This document shows, in pieces, positions 1 to 8,910 of a DNA stretch of 32,000 bases; positions within the stretch are counted from its first letter, which is position 1, and every line of letters begins with the position of its first letter. Made by a program: the position numbers and the translations under genes. The stretch is from Methanosphaera stadtmanae DSM 3091 (GTDB taxonomy: Archaea > Methanobacteriota > Methanobacteria > Methanobacteriales > Methanobacteriaceae). The notes beneath the pieces were generated by a model. It had not been told where the DNA came from. It made no database searches and saw nothing but the letters and a program-made list of their open reading frames with translations. Where the stretch lies: contig NC_007681.1 of assembly GCF_000012545.1 (NCBI RefSeq), positions 1,380,001 to 1,412,000 on the forward strand, read 5' to 3'.

Positions 1-534
1 TGTTTCTGCAGTACCTGATTTTGGGTTTCCATGAGAATTACGAAGATGTATCATAGCCCCTTTAGTTCCTGGAGGTACTGTTGCTAATCCACCACTTGCT
101 GCTTGAACATTAATTGTACTGTTGTTATCTACTGTAACAACATAAACATCAAAACTTCCCCCTACAGCAATACCTTGTGTTGGGTTAACAGCCATTAGAC
201 GAATTCCATCAAATCCATTTGCCACATTAACTACCTGTTCAGGAGTTCCATTATTTTGAAGTTGTGTAAGTGCTGATATAATAGCAGCTACACGAACATT
301 TGAAGAACCTTCCCCCCCTGATAGTAATGCCATTTTATGTTCTTGTGAGAATATAAATGTTGACTGGAACATATTAGCTGCAAATGATTGACTTCCAGCA
401 GCACACCCATTAGGATCCTTTCCTGTAGGATCTGTAATAACTGCCACATTCATTGTTGCTGATGCAGTAGTTGAAAATAACATGACAATAATTAGAAATA
501 AAGCTATTTTTGCTAATTTTGATTGTTTAACCAT
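1..534 (-). CDS. Exported protein of unknown function (first 178 codons; the gene runs off the left edge)
   Basis: Absent from the ORF track because the window edge truncates it. My translation of the minus strand from ATG 534..532 reads MVKQSKLAKIALFLIIVMLFSTTASATMNVAVITDPTGKDPNGCAAGSQSF...GAMIHLRNSHGNPKSGTAET and stays open to position 1. A basic n-region, hydrophobic core and A-S-A motif look like a signal peptide. The ATG overlaps the upstream stop (TAATG), which suggests translational coupling. Confidence 0.6.
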   Translation of the reverse strand, partial: MVKQSKLAKIALFLIIVMLFSTTASATMNVAVITDPTGKDPNGCAAGSQSFAANMFQSTFIFSQEHKMALLSGGEGSSNVRVAAIISALTQLQNNGTPEQVVNVANGFDGIRLMAVNPTQGIAVGGSFDVYVVTVDNNSTINVQAASGGLATVPPGTKGAMIHLRNSHGNPKSGTAET

Positions 535-1082
535 TATATCACCTTACTTTTTAACTCCTGCAACATTAATAAACCAGTTATTTGGCTAACTCCACCAACT
601 TCAGCATTTCCTTCAAAGTCAAGATTACTTTGTGAACTTCCATTGGTTGTATTGTTAGTTACATTAACTTGTAATAATGAGAAATCTTCAATAACTGTAA
701 CAACCACATTCCCAGTTGTTGTATCTACTTGAACACTTGCCGCATTTATAGGAGCTACTGAAGTACCAGGTATTGTTGACTTTTTAACCAATTCTACAGC
801 ATTCGTTTTAGCATCACTTAATAGAAGTTGTCTTTGTGACGTGACTAGAGTATTTCCATTAATATAACTTCCATCCCTAAAACCAGCAGCCTCTACATTG
901 GCTTTAATTACACTTGTAGGTATTATATCATTACCTTTAACCATTATTCCAGCAATAGGAACACCATCATCAGTAGTATTTGATGAAGCAAATGCAACAT
1001 AACTCATTGCACGTCCAGACAAAATCAAAATAAATGCTAAAATTAAAATGATTAAAGTATCTCTTCTAACTCGTATAAACAA
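534..1082 (-). CDS. Small bitopic/exported protein with a POTRA-like sequence pattern; function unknown
   Basis: 182-aa ORF with a TTG start at 1082..1080, preceded by GAGGTGA (a near-perfect Shine-Dalgarno) 4 nt upstream. It has a basic N-terminus (MFIRVRRD), one hydrophobic helix (TLIILILAFILILSG) and a possible AFA-SS cleavage site. The external part contains IAGIMVKGNDIIPTSVIKANVEAAGF...ASVQVDTTTGNVVVTVIE. Confidence 0.65.
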   Translation of the reverse strand: MFIRVRRDTLIILILAFILILSGRAMSYVAFASSNTTDDGVPIAGIMVKGNDIIPTSVIKANVEAAGFRDGSYINGNTLVTSQRQLLLSDAKTNAVELVKKSTIPGTSVAPINAASVQVDTTTGNVVVTVIEDFSLLQVNVTNNTTNGSSQSNLDFEGNAEVGGVSQITGLLMLQELKSKVI

Positions 1083-1323
1083 AATTTCACCTCTAATCTT
1101 ATATAAATTCTAGTATTATTCTATATTTTGAACTAGAACTACTTTAGAGTATAATTATAAAATAAATAAGTACCATTTATTATAATTAATATACAATTCA
1201 TAAAGTATAAATCTATTATATATTTCTTGATGTTATACTATTTAATTATAACAATATTTTAAAAATTAGTTTTCTTTAATAAAAAATATAAAGGAAGATA
1301 TTAGAATAATTTCTAAAATATAA

Positions 1324-2868
1324 TTATTCATTATCTTTAATAATATCTTTATATTTGAATGCAGCTTCTCCAGTACATACTACTAAGTTAGCATCTAATT
1401 CTAATGCTTTATTAAAACCTACAAGTACCTGTTCAACTGTAGCTCCAAGTGTTCCTTTTTTATCACCTTCAGGCATAGAATCAGGCAACACTATTTTATC
1501 AGTATATTTTCCATTATCCAAAGCATGTTTTGCACATAAATATGCATTGTGTGATGCTGGAACTATGTAATTAGCATGTTCTGCTGCACAATCCAAGATT
1601 TCTTTATCACCATCAATTCCAGATTCTGATGAAGTAGTAATAACATCTACTATAGTACCATATGCATTTTTTAATTCCTTAAGTACTGATGTTATTCCTG
1701 CAGGATTATGGGCATAATCTACCATGATTTGTTTATTATGACTAATTCCTATTTTTTCCATACGCCCTCCAACACCTTTAAATGATTTAACTGCTTCTTT
1801 TATTGTTTCATAAGATATATTTAATGTTTCATGTGCAATTATTATTGCTCCAACTGCATTATATATATTATGTATACCATATATTCCTAATTTAAATTCA
1901 TATTCTTCATTATATGGTGTTTTAAGAATGAATTGATTGTGTTTATCATTTATATTACATGCTAGATAGTCTGGTTTTGTATATTTTAATCCACAATTAC
2001 ATTCATATACTCCTACTCCACCACAAAATTCTTTAATTTGAACTTTTTTTCCACAGAAACATTGTTTTAATGTGGTTTTGTTGGAATTTGTATCTAAACC
2101 AAATGAAATTAAATTACCTTCATAATTTAGTTCTTTTAACAATGATTCAATCGTTGGATCATCATTATTTATTACAAGAGTTTTATTTCGTAATAATTCA
2201 ACTAATTCTCCTTTAACTCGAGCATAATCTAGAAAACTTGAATTTTCAGATAAATGATCTGGAGTTATATTAGTTATTAACCCTACATCAGGTTTACATG
2301 CTTTTGCTAATTTTTCAAGACTTCCTTTAATACCAAATGTTCCTGTTTCTAATATGTTAATATTTCCATTTAATCTTGATTGTAGAGGTGGAATATCTGC
2401 AGTATTTCCCTGCAAACCCATTAAATTATGTTCACATGGTTTTAAACCGGCATGATATGCTATGTGTTTTAGGAGTGTTGTTGTGGTTGTCTTACCATTT
2501 GTTCCAGTAATACATATAACAGGATGTTTTGGTTCAAAAATTTCAAGTATATCTTTTACTGTTAAAATAGGAATACCATATTTTTTAATTTTATGATACA
2601 GCATTGATTTTGATTCAAGAAGTGCAGTTGGAATTATCATATAATCTGAACTTGTAAAAAATGTTTCTGGAATTTCACCATAGTATATTTTCATCTCAGG
2701 ATAATCCTTTAGAGCAGCCTTAAAACGGCAATCTTCTTCGTTTACCATATCATTTGCTTGTACTTTAAATCCATGATCCATTAATAATCTTGCAATAAGA
2801 TTACCATTTATTCCACATACACCTATAACTCCAAATACAGTGTTTTCATCAAAATCAGTTATTTCCAT
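1324..2868 (-). CDS. Mur-ligase-family pseudomurein peptide ligase, MurT/MurC-like subtype with an internal Cys-rich zinc-ribbon insert
   Basis: It has the Mur ligase P-loop ITGTNGKTTTTTLLKHI, a central-domain NNDDP motif and an N-terminal Rossmann-like VIGVCGINGNLIARLL. The Cys cluster CFCGKKVQIKEFCGGVGVYECNCG lies at 1993..2061. The ORF track starts at 2895. I prefer ATG 2868 (MEITDFDE...), which has AAGGATG about 10 nt upstream and a 14-nt overlap with the upstream gene. The start remains uncertain (2868, 2886 or 2895). Confidence 0.85.
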   Translation of the reverse strand: MEITDFDENTVFGVIGVCGINGNLIARLLMDHGFKVQANDMVNEEDCRFKAALKDYPEMKIYYGEIPETFFTSSDYMIIPTALLESKSMLYHKIKKYGIPILTVKDILEIFEPKHPVICITGTNGKTTTTTLLKHIAYHAGLKPCEHNLMGLQGNTADIPPLQSRLNGNINILETGTFGIKGSLEKLAKACKPDVGLITNITPDHLSENSSFLDYARVKGELVELLRNKTLVINNDDPTIESLLKELNYEGNLISFGLDTNSNKTTLKQCFCGKKVQIKEFCGGVGVYECNCGLKYTKPDYLACNINDKHNQFILKTPYNEEYEFKLGIYGIHNIYNAVGAIIIAHETLNISYETIKEAVKSFKGVGGRMEKIGISHNKQIMVDYAHNPAGITSVLKELKNAYGTIVDVITTSSESGIDGDKEILDCAAEHANYIVPASHNAYLCAKHALDNGKYTDKIVLPDSMPEGDKKGTLGATVEQVLVGFNKALELDANLVVCTGEAAFKYKDIIKDNE

Positions 2869-4294
2869 AACGTTTACATCCTTCATTAAGACCATTTATC
2901 ATTCTTGTTTTTGCTTGTTGATATGAATTTGATGCATCTGGACCAAGATGTACAATTATATCCCCTGGTTTTGCATATTTCATTGCAAGTTCTGCTGCTT
3001 CATCAAGTGTACATAATGCTATTTTTAGTACATCATCATTTTCTATTGCATTTAATAAATCTAGAGCTGCATCCATATCAAGTGTATTTGTTATTTCAAC
3101 ATAACCTGTTGCTATAACAATATTTGCATAATCTCCAATTACACGACCACTTTCTGCTTTATCTCTTATTGTTGTTGAGTCTACATTGTCATATAATATT
3201 ATTAGATTTTCATCTTTAACTGATTCAAGTGCTTGTCTTACACTTTGATCTCCATATGATGCATCATAATATGCATCAACACCATTGAATTTACCAAGAT
3301 ATTCCATACGTCCACCCACACCAGTAAACATACCAATACCCTTTTTAATATCATTCAACGATATTCCATACTCCCTACTTACAGCTATAGCAGCAGTTAA
3401 ATTTTCATATGTATAGAATGCTATTGTATCTATTTCAATTTCAGATTCAGTAGTCTCCTTATTATTTACAATTCTAATATTATATTTACCATCATCATAG
3501 AACCCATAGTATGTTGGTGTGTACTTATCTAAATTAACAGCTTCATCATTTTCAAAGTTGAAATATACAGTGTCTTCTCTTTTATATGTTAATAAATCAC
3601 CACATTGTGAATTTGCTATAAGTTTTTGACTTGCTGGAAGAATACATGCTTTACGTTCAACATATTTTTCCATAGAACCACCAAATTCACATAAATGTTC
3701 TGGTCTGAGATTTGTTAGTACTCCTATTTTTAAGTCAATTTCCCCCATTAATCCAAGTGTTCCATGGGGTAATTCTAGAATTGCAATGTCTGCCCCAATA
3801 TATTCCCCCTTAACAATATCATCAACTATTGCTTCACTTACCAAGTTCCATTTCATTGAAGAACATTGATAAACATTATATCCTGCAGCTTTGAAGATAT
3901 TTGTTAACATATCTGTTGTGGTTGTTTTACCAAAAGATCCTGTTATACCTATTTTATCCATAGGTAATATTCTATTAATAATATCACTGATTGTTTTTCT
4001 TGTAACTTCCACTTTATCATGTTCTTTAATTTCTTTACGAATTGATGCAGATTCTGGTATTGTTGGTGCTAAAAATACTGCATCATATTTTGTTATATCT
4101 GGTGATTTATTACCTAAATCTAAGGTTACTCCTTCATTTTCCATTATTTTAAGTCTATCTTGTCTTCTAGTTGTAAAATCATCAAATGTTTTTGTATCAG
4201 ATATTGTTACATTAACACCTTCATGATTTAATAATCTAGCTACTGGTCTTCCAGCATTTCCCGCCCCTACTACTAAGCATGATTCAAAATTCAA
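2855..4294 (-). CDS. Mur-ligase-family pseudomurein peptide ligase, MurD-like (N-terminal Rossmann GxGxxG)
   Basis: It has the P-loop ITGSFGKTTTTDMLTNIF and an N-terminal VVGAGNAGRPVARLL as in MurD. The start is TTG at 4294..4292, with AAGGAG 9 nt upstream. The next in-frame Met would delete the Rossmann motif. Confidence 0.85.
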   Translation of the reverse strand: MNFESCLVVGAGNAGRPVARLLNHEGVNVTISDTKTFDDFTTRRQDRLKIMENEGVTLDLGNKSPDITKYDAVFLAPTIPESASIRKEIKEHDKVEVTRKTISDIINRILPMDKIGITGSFGKTTTTDMLTNIFKAAGYNVYQCSSMKWNLVSEAIVDDIVKGEYIGADIAILELPHGTLGLMGEIDLKIGVLTNLRPEHLCEFGGSMEKYVERKACILPASQKLIANSQCGDLLTYKREDTVYFNFENDEAVNLDKYTPTYYGFYDDGKYNIRIVNNKETTESEIEIDTIAFYTYENLTAAIAVSREYGISLNDIKKGIGMFTGVGGRMEYLGKFNGVDAYYDASYGDQSVRQALESVKDENLIILYDNVDSTTIRDKAESGRVIGDYANIVIATGYVEITNTLDMDAALDLLNAIENDDVLKIALCTLDEAAELAMKYAKPGDIIVHLGPDASNSYQQAKTRMINGLNEGCKRYGNN

Positions 4295-4481
4295 AGACTA
4301 CAACTCCTTTTATCTTAATAATAAAATTTTAATATATTAATCTATAGTTATATATTCTTTCAAGTGTATGATGAAAAAATAATTCTTTCCTAATTAATTA
4401 TCTATTATTATTTATAAATATTTTTAATTATTATAAAAAATCAAGTAATAAAAAAAAGTTAAAAAAAAGAAATGATATTTA

Positions 4482-5951
4482 TTATATTATATCATGTTTT
4501 TTTAGAATTCTACTTGCAGGATCCATTCCTTGAGCACCCAATAATAATATAACATCATCATCCGATGCTAAGTTTACAACATTTAATAATGATTCTTCTA
4601 ATGATTCAAATAACATAAAATGAATATTATTTTCTTCTAATATTTCTAAAAATATATTTTTTTCAGAATCAACAACAGTATTTAAATGATTTACAACATC
4701 AACACTACATGTTAATAATAAAGTATAATTATCCCTATCTTTAAGCGATTTTACCAAAGCTTCGGCTATTTCACGATTAATATCATCACCACGAGAACCT
4801 CTAATAGCATTGACAATAAACAAATTATTACCTAACTTAGATCCATTCTCAATAGTTAAATTAATTCCAGATGGATTATGTGCAAAATCATCAATAATAA
4901 TAGGATTTTCCCTAAGCTTAATAAAACGTCTTGCTAATGGTTTATAATTTTTTAAAGATTCAATTACTCTACCCCTATCCATATTTCTATAGATACATAC
5001 AGCTAGTGCTGCCATTATATCTTGTATGAAATGTATTGAATTAAATGGAAGATCCTTTTGCTCAACATACAATTCATTTCCAGAATAAATACCAACACCT
5101 TCCTTATATGAAACAGATAAAATATTATTTTCATCATAATTTCCAAAAAACATGACATTGATATTTGATTGATTTGATACAATATTAGCCATGTTTCTAA
5201 TATTTTCATCCTCATAATTCAATACAAGTAATGATTCTTTATCCCCATTAAGTAATGCTTTTGCTGCTCCAGATATTTCATATAATAAATTGTCAAATGA
5301 TTTAACTAAATTAATATGATCCATGGATGCATTTGTAATTATAACACTATCTGCATCTAATGCCCGTATCATCTTATTAGAATGATTTTTCATTATTTCA
5401 TCATCCCATCCTTGAACTTCAGATACTTCTAAAGTAATTACATCAATATTATTATTTTTATGATAATAATCAGATAATTCTGATGCTACTCTTGGATCTA
5501 TAAGGGTATTTCCTTCTGATTCTGCATCAGTATTTGTGTAAGTATCATAATTAAAATCTGAAAAAATAGTATAGAGAAGATGAGTAGTTGTTGACTTTCC
5601 ATTAGTTCCAGTCACAGCTACTTTAAATGAATCTTCTGCATATTCTTTAACAATTGTATTTAATGCAAATGCAGTTGCATATTCAATATGCTCAGTAACG
5701 ATAAGAGAAAAATTCAATGCTTTTGCCATACTTATTGCATCATCATGAGGATTTTGAGTTATTAAACAAGAAACTCCCTTTTCATTTGCAATTTCTATAC
5801 CCTTACCATTAATTTTATGTCTGATAACTATATCATTTTCAGAAGCTTTATTTAAAAAGGTATAATTTCCTGACAATAAATTATCAGGACCATATAACAC
5901 TCCTTCAATTTTATTAGCTAAATCAGATGCTTTAATACTAATTTCTTGCAA
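4482..5951 (-). CDS. Mur-ligase-family pseudomurein peptide ligase, MurE/MurF-like
   Basis: It has the P-loop VTGTNGKSTTTHLLYTIF and a C-terminal-domain DDFAHNPSG motif typical of Mur ligases. The start is TTG at 5951..5949, with GAGGTGA 4 nt upstream. Confidence 0.85.
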   Translation of the reverse strand: MQEISIKASDLANKIEGVLYGPDNLLSGNYTFLNKASENDIVIRHKINGKGIEIANEKGVSCLITQNPHDDAISMAKALNFSLIVTEHIEYATAFALNTIVKEYAEDSFKVAVTGTNGKSTTTHLLYTIFSDFNYDTYTNTDAESEGNTLIDPRVASELSDYYHKNNNIDVITLEVSEVQGWDDEIMKNHSNKMIRALDADSVIITNASMDHINLVKSFDNLLYEISGAAKALLNGDKESLLVLNYEDENIRNMANIVSNQSNINVMFFGNYDENNILSVSYKEGVGIYSGNELYVEQKDLPFNSIHFIQDIMAALAVCIYRNMDRGRVIESLKNYKPLARRFIKLRENPIIIDDFAHNPSGINLTIENGSKLGNNLFIVNAIRGSRGDDINREIAEALVKSLKDRDNYTLLLTCSVDVVNHLNTVVDSEKNIFLEILEENNIHFMLFESLEESLLNVVNLASDDDVILLLGAQGMDPASRILKKHDII

Positions 5952-5971
5952 TGTTTCACCTCAATTTATGT

Positions 5972-7054
5972 CTATATTATGCCAAATAAAAATAAGGCAA
6001 TAATAGAAACTACCAATGTAACTGTCCAATATAACAAAATAATTTTTTGTTCAGACATACCATGATAATTCAATGTATGATGCAATGGTTCAACAGGTAA
6101 TGTTATAATATGTGACCTATGTAAAAGACTTATTATTACAGATACAATTGGTACTGCCAGAGCAATTATTGAAAATATCAATGAATTTCCCAGTAATGCT
6201 GCTGTCATATAACCAGTACCTAATGCATATGATCCAGTATCCCCCATGAAGATTTTTGCAGGATAATGATTTAATACTAAAAATCCTACACATGCACCAG
6301 CAATTATTATAAATGGTAATGCTGCTACAGAACCTGTTGTTACATTAGCATACAATGCTGAAGCTATAGATGCTATTGCAATTATACCTGCAGCTAATCC
6401 ATCCATACCATCAATTAAATTAACCGAATTTATAGAACCAATAATTGCAAATAATGCTAAAGGTATCATTAAAATACCAAGTTCAAAACCACTTACAGAT
6501 GTTGGTAAAAATCCAGGAAGTATTACAAAACATGCAACTACAAACTGAGTAATTATTTTTTCACTTTCTGTAGTTTCACTTTTAATTGGAATTTCATCAA
6601 TTAAAGTAAGTTTATGTTCTTGTTCAACGATTTTATTATAATCTGCTTTAGCTTTTTCAGATGCAATTCTAGCTTCTTCACCCGGTTCTAAAGTCAATAA
6701 ACCTATACTTACAGGTTTATCCCCATCATTACGTACTACTTTCTGATATTCTTTTACTTTAAATCCAAGTAAATCATCAAACATTCCAAAAATTCCTGCA
6801 ACTACCATCATAATTACAGTTATTAATAAATAACTTGTAGAATGCCAATCGAATAAGAATAAGGCCATTACTGAAACACCTATTAAAATACCAAAACCAC
6901 CCATGGTTGGTGTTCCACTTTTTTGTCTATGTTCTGATATTATAGGATTATCCCTTATGTCTGCTACCAGTAATTCTCTTCTAACAACAGCAGTAAATAG
7001 TGCTGTGACAATTATTGTTAAAGCAAATATTAGAACGTCTACTTGACCTATCAC
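5972..7054 (-). CDS. MraY-like polyprenyl-phosphate sugar-phosphate transferase (glycosyltransferase family 4), pseudomurein type
   Basis: About 10 predicted TM helices. It carries the FDDLLG (DD) motif, NLIDGMDGLAAG, GDTGSYALG and PLHH. The start is GTG at 7054..7052, with AGGGGGT 7 nt upstream. A hydrophilic insert of about 50-70 aa follows the DD motif (6554..6763). Confidence 0.9.
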   Translation of the reverse strand: MIGQVDVLIFALTIIVTALFTAVVRRELLVADIRDNPIISEHRQKSGTPTMGGFGILIGVSVMALFLFDWHSTSYLLITVIMMVVAGIFGMFDDLLGFKVKEYQKVVRNDGDKPVSIGLLTLEPGEEARIASEKAKADYNKIVEQEHKLTLIDEIPIKSETTESEKIITQFVVACFVILPGFLPTSVSGFELGILMIPLALFAIIGSINSVNLIDGMDGLAAGIIAIASIASALYANVTTGSVAALPFIIIAGACVGFLVLNHYPAKIFMGDTGSYALGTGYMTAALLGNSLIFSIIALAVPIVSVIISLLHRSHIITLPVEPLHHTLNYHGMSEQKIILLYWTVTLVVSIIALFLFGII

Positions 7055-7281
7055 TAGTTTAACCCCCTAAGTTTAAAACTAAATTCAGTATATAGTTAGT
7101 TATTTTTTTTAATATTAAAATAAGTAACTGTTATTTAAAATAAAGTAATATCCAATCTAATAGAAAAAAAAGAAATGTATATTAAAATATGACTATAAAA
7201 TAAGAAATATAACTTTAATAAGTAATATAAGTATTAAAAATAAAAAATAAAAGGAAATAAATAGTTTAAATCACTAATTAT

Positions 7282-8430
7282 TTAATTAAAATGAATATTA
7301 TTTGCATTTGCATAATCACTTACTAATTCATATGTTAAATTATTTAATTTATTTCTAGATGTTGCACGAATTGTAAGTCTTTGATAATTCTTTGGACCAT
7401 GGACTATATATGAATTTTCTGATGAAAATCTCTTCTGGGATGGAATATTTTCTTGTGGGAAATTTCCAATAGGAAGTTCTGTAGAATAATAATTCTCCAT
7501 AGAATTTCTTACATCTTTTGCACTCCAATGTCCCTTAGCCATATCCACCAATTGACATAATGGATAGATATTCGTAGTAGCTGCTGTCATATATCTTGTT
7601 CCACTAGGTCTGGTATTTAATTCTATTACATAATCTAATTTTGAATTATTATCATGTAATATATCAATATCCATAGTACCATCCAAGCCAACTAAATTAG
7701 CAATTCTCTGTGCAAGAAGTCGAATATCCCTATTATGAGCAACATTATCTATACCTTCAATTTCAAGAGGTGCTTGTTTTATTTTCTTCAAAGGATGTGT
7801 TCCATTTAATGTTGTATCACCTTTATATACTGGAGTTAATGCTACTGATTCATTATTCCAACGTAATACCTCAATTGAAACTTCAAATCCTTCCACATAT
7901 TCTTCAGTAAAAACATTACTCTTGTTATCTAAGAACTCATTAATATCATCCCTATTAACAGCTACTTTTACACCTGTTCCCCCTTGACCTTCAGGAGTTT
8001 TTAATACTATGGGTAAATCTTTTTCAATATCATCTATATTATAAGGTTTATTTAAAGCATGAAATTGTGGTGTTTTAATATTATTTTCCTTTAATAATTT
8101 CTTTGTATTGTATTTATCTGCAGCAAGACTTGCTGTTTTATATGAAGATGCTATAACAGGAATACCAATTTCTTCAAGTTCATCCTTCATTTTACCTACA
8201 TCAGGAAGAGGTGGATCAATACCAATTAATGGAATAACAGCATCCACATCTTCCTTAATTGCTATTTCCATAGGTTTATCCATACCTCTTGGAACTATAT
8301 AATTATAATCAGCTAAATCCAAATTTATTGCATTTTCATTTGATTCCGTTATTATTGAAGTTATATTTTCTTGTTTAAGATACCAAGATACATCATCAAA
8401 TAAACGTGAACCTATAAATAATATTTTCAT
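7282..8430 (-). CDS. ATP-grasp ligase (carbamoyl-phosphate-synthase-like / Ddl-analogous)
   Basis: 382 aa. ATP-grasp signatures are LPIVLKTPEGQGGTGV, EEYVEGFEVSIEVL and VIELNTRPSGT. The ATG has AAGGAG 7 nt upstream. It starts 11 nt after the upstream gene's stop. Confidence 0.85.
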   Translation of the reverse strand: MKILFIGSRLFDDVSWYLKQENITSIITESNENAINLDLADYNYIVPRGMDKPMEIAIKEDVDAVIPLIGIDPPLPDVGKMKDELEEIGIPVIASSYKTASLAADKYNTKKLLKENNIKTPQFHALNKPYNIDDIEKDLPIVLKTPEGQGGTGVKVAVNRDDINEFLDNKSNVFTEEYVEGFEVSIEVLRWNNESVALTPVYKGDTTLNGTHPLKKIKQAPLEIEGIDNVAHNRDIRLLAQRIANLVGLDGTMDIDILHDNNSKLDYVIELNTRPSGTRYMTAATTNIYPLCQLVDMAKGHWSAKDVRNSMENYYSTELPIGNFPQENIPSQKRFSSENSYIVHGPKNYQRLTIRATSRNKLNNLTYELVSDYANANNIHFN

Positions 8431-8441
8431 CTTAAAACTCC

Positions 8442-8896
8442 TTAAACTAATTTGGCTATTATATCTGTTAAGTCATTAGCACTACTTTTAACTTCATCAG
8501 ATATTGTATTTATTATATTCATTTCCTTTGGTTGTATTCCAATTGTTAAAATTTTACTTCCAATAGTTTCTTCAATATAATTTATTATGAATGATATTGG
8601 CATAGAATGTGTTGAAAAATTGAATGTGTCTATTTGATTCTTTGAAATGGTTATTATAGAACCAGCTTTAGCATCAAATTCAACTGCATCCACTATTATT
8701 ATATGTGATGGTTTTAACTTTCTTATTTCTTGTGTATGATTTTCTGGTGCTGATTCAGTATTTAACAAGTATACATCATCAGTATTTTTATCAGTTAAAT
8801 TAACTAACTTCTCATATAATAAATCAAGTATTAATGGTCCTACACCATCATCTCCACGTAAGGGATTTCCTATACCTAAAATTAATAATTTTTCAT
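8442..8896 (-). CDS. [NiFe]-hydrogenase maturation endopeptidase family protein (HycI/HybD/FrhD-like); start region anomalous
   Basis: The frame is open from 8945 down to the stop at 8442. It encodes ..LLILGIGNPLRGDDGVGPLILDLL...IIIVDAVEF...FSTHSMP..., the family's GNPxxxDDGxG, D and H metal-ligand motifs. The ORF track only calls from TTG 8768, which would delete the GNP..DDG motif. No ATG/GTG/TTG lies in frame upstream. ATG 8896..8894 is one register off and is followed by an A5 run. See findings. Confidence 0.75.
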
Positions 8897-8910
8897 AATC
8901 AACAATAAAA

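Noticed and set aside
3891-4226. 111-aa plus-strand ORF, along with 2905..3117, 1355..1570, 523..732, 7710..7910 and 8108..8302, antisense to cell-wall genes
   Set aside because: All lie opposite ORFs with strong family motifs. None has an SD or any recognisable feature.
8882-8896. Programmed -1 frameshifting as the explanation for the protease start
   Set aside because: The sequence after the ATG (G AAA AAT) is not an X_XXY_YYZ heptamer, and only two codons precede the required shift. A 1-nt indel or pseudogenisation is more economical here, unlike at lonB where a canonical heptamer exists.
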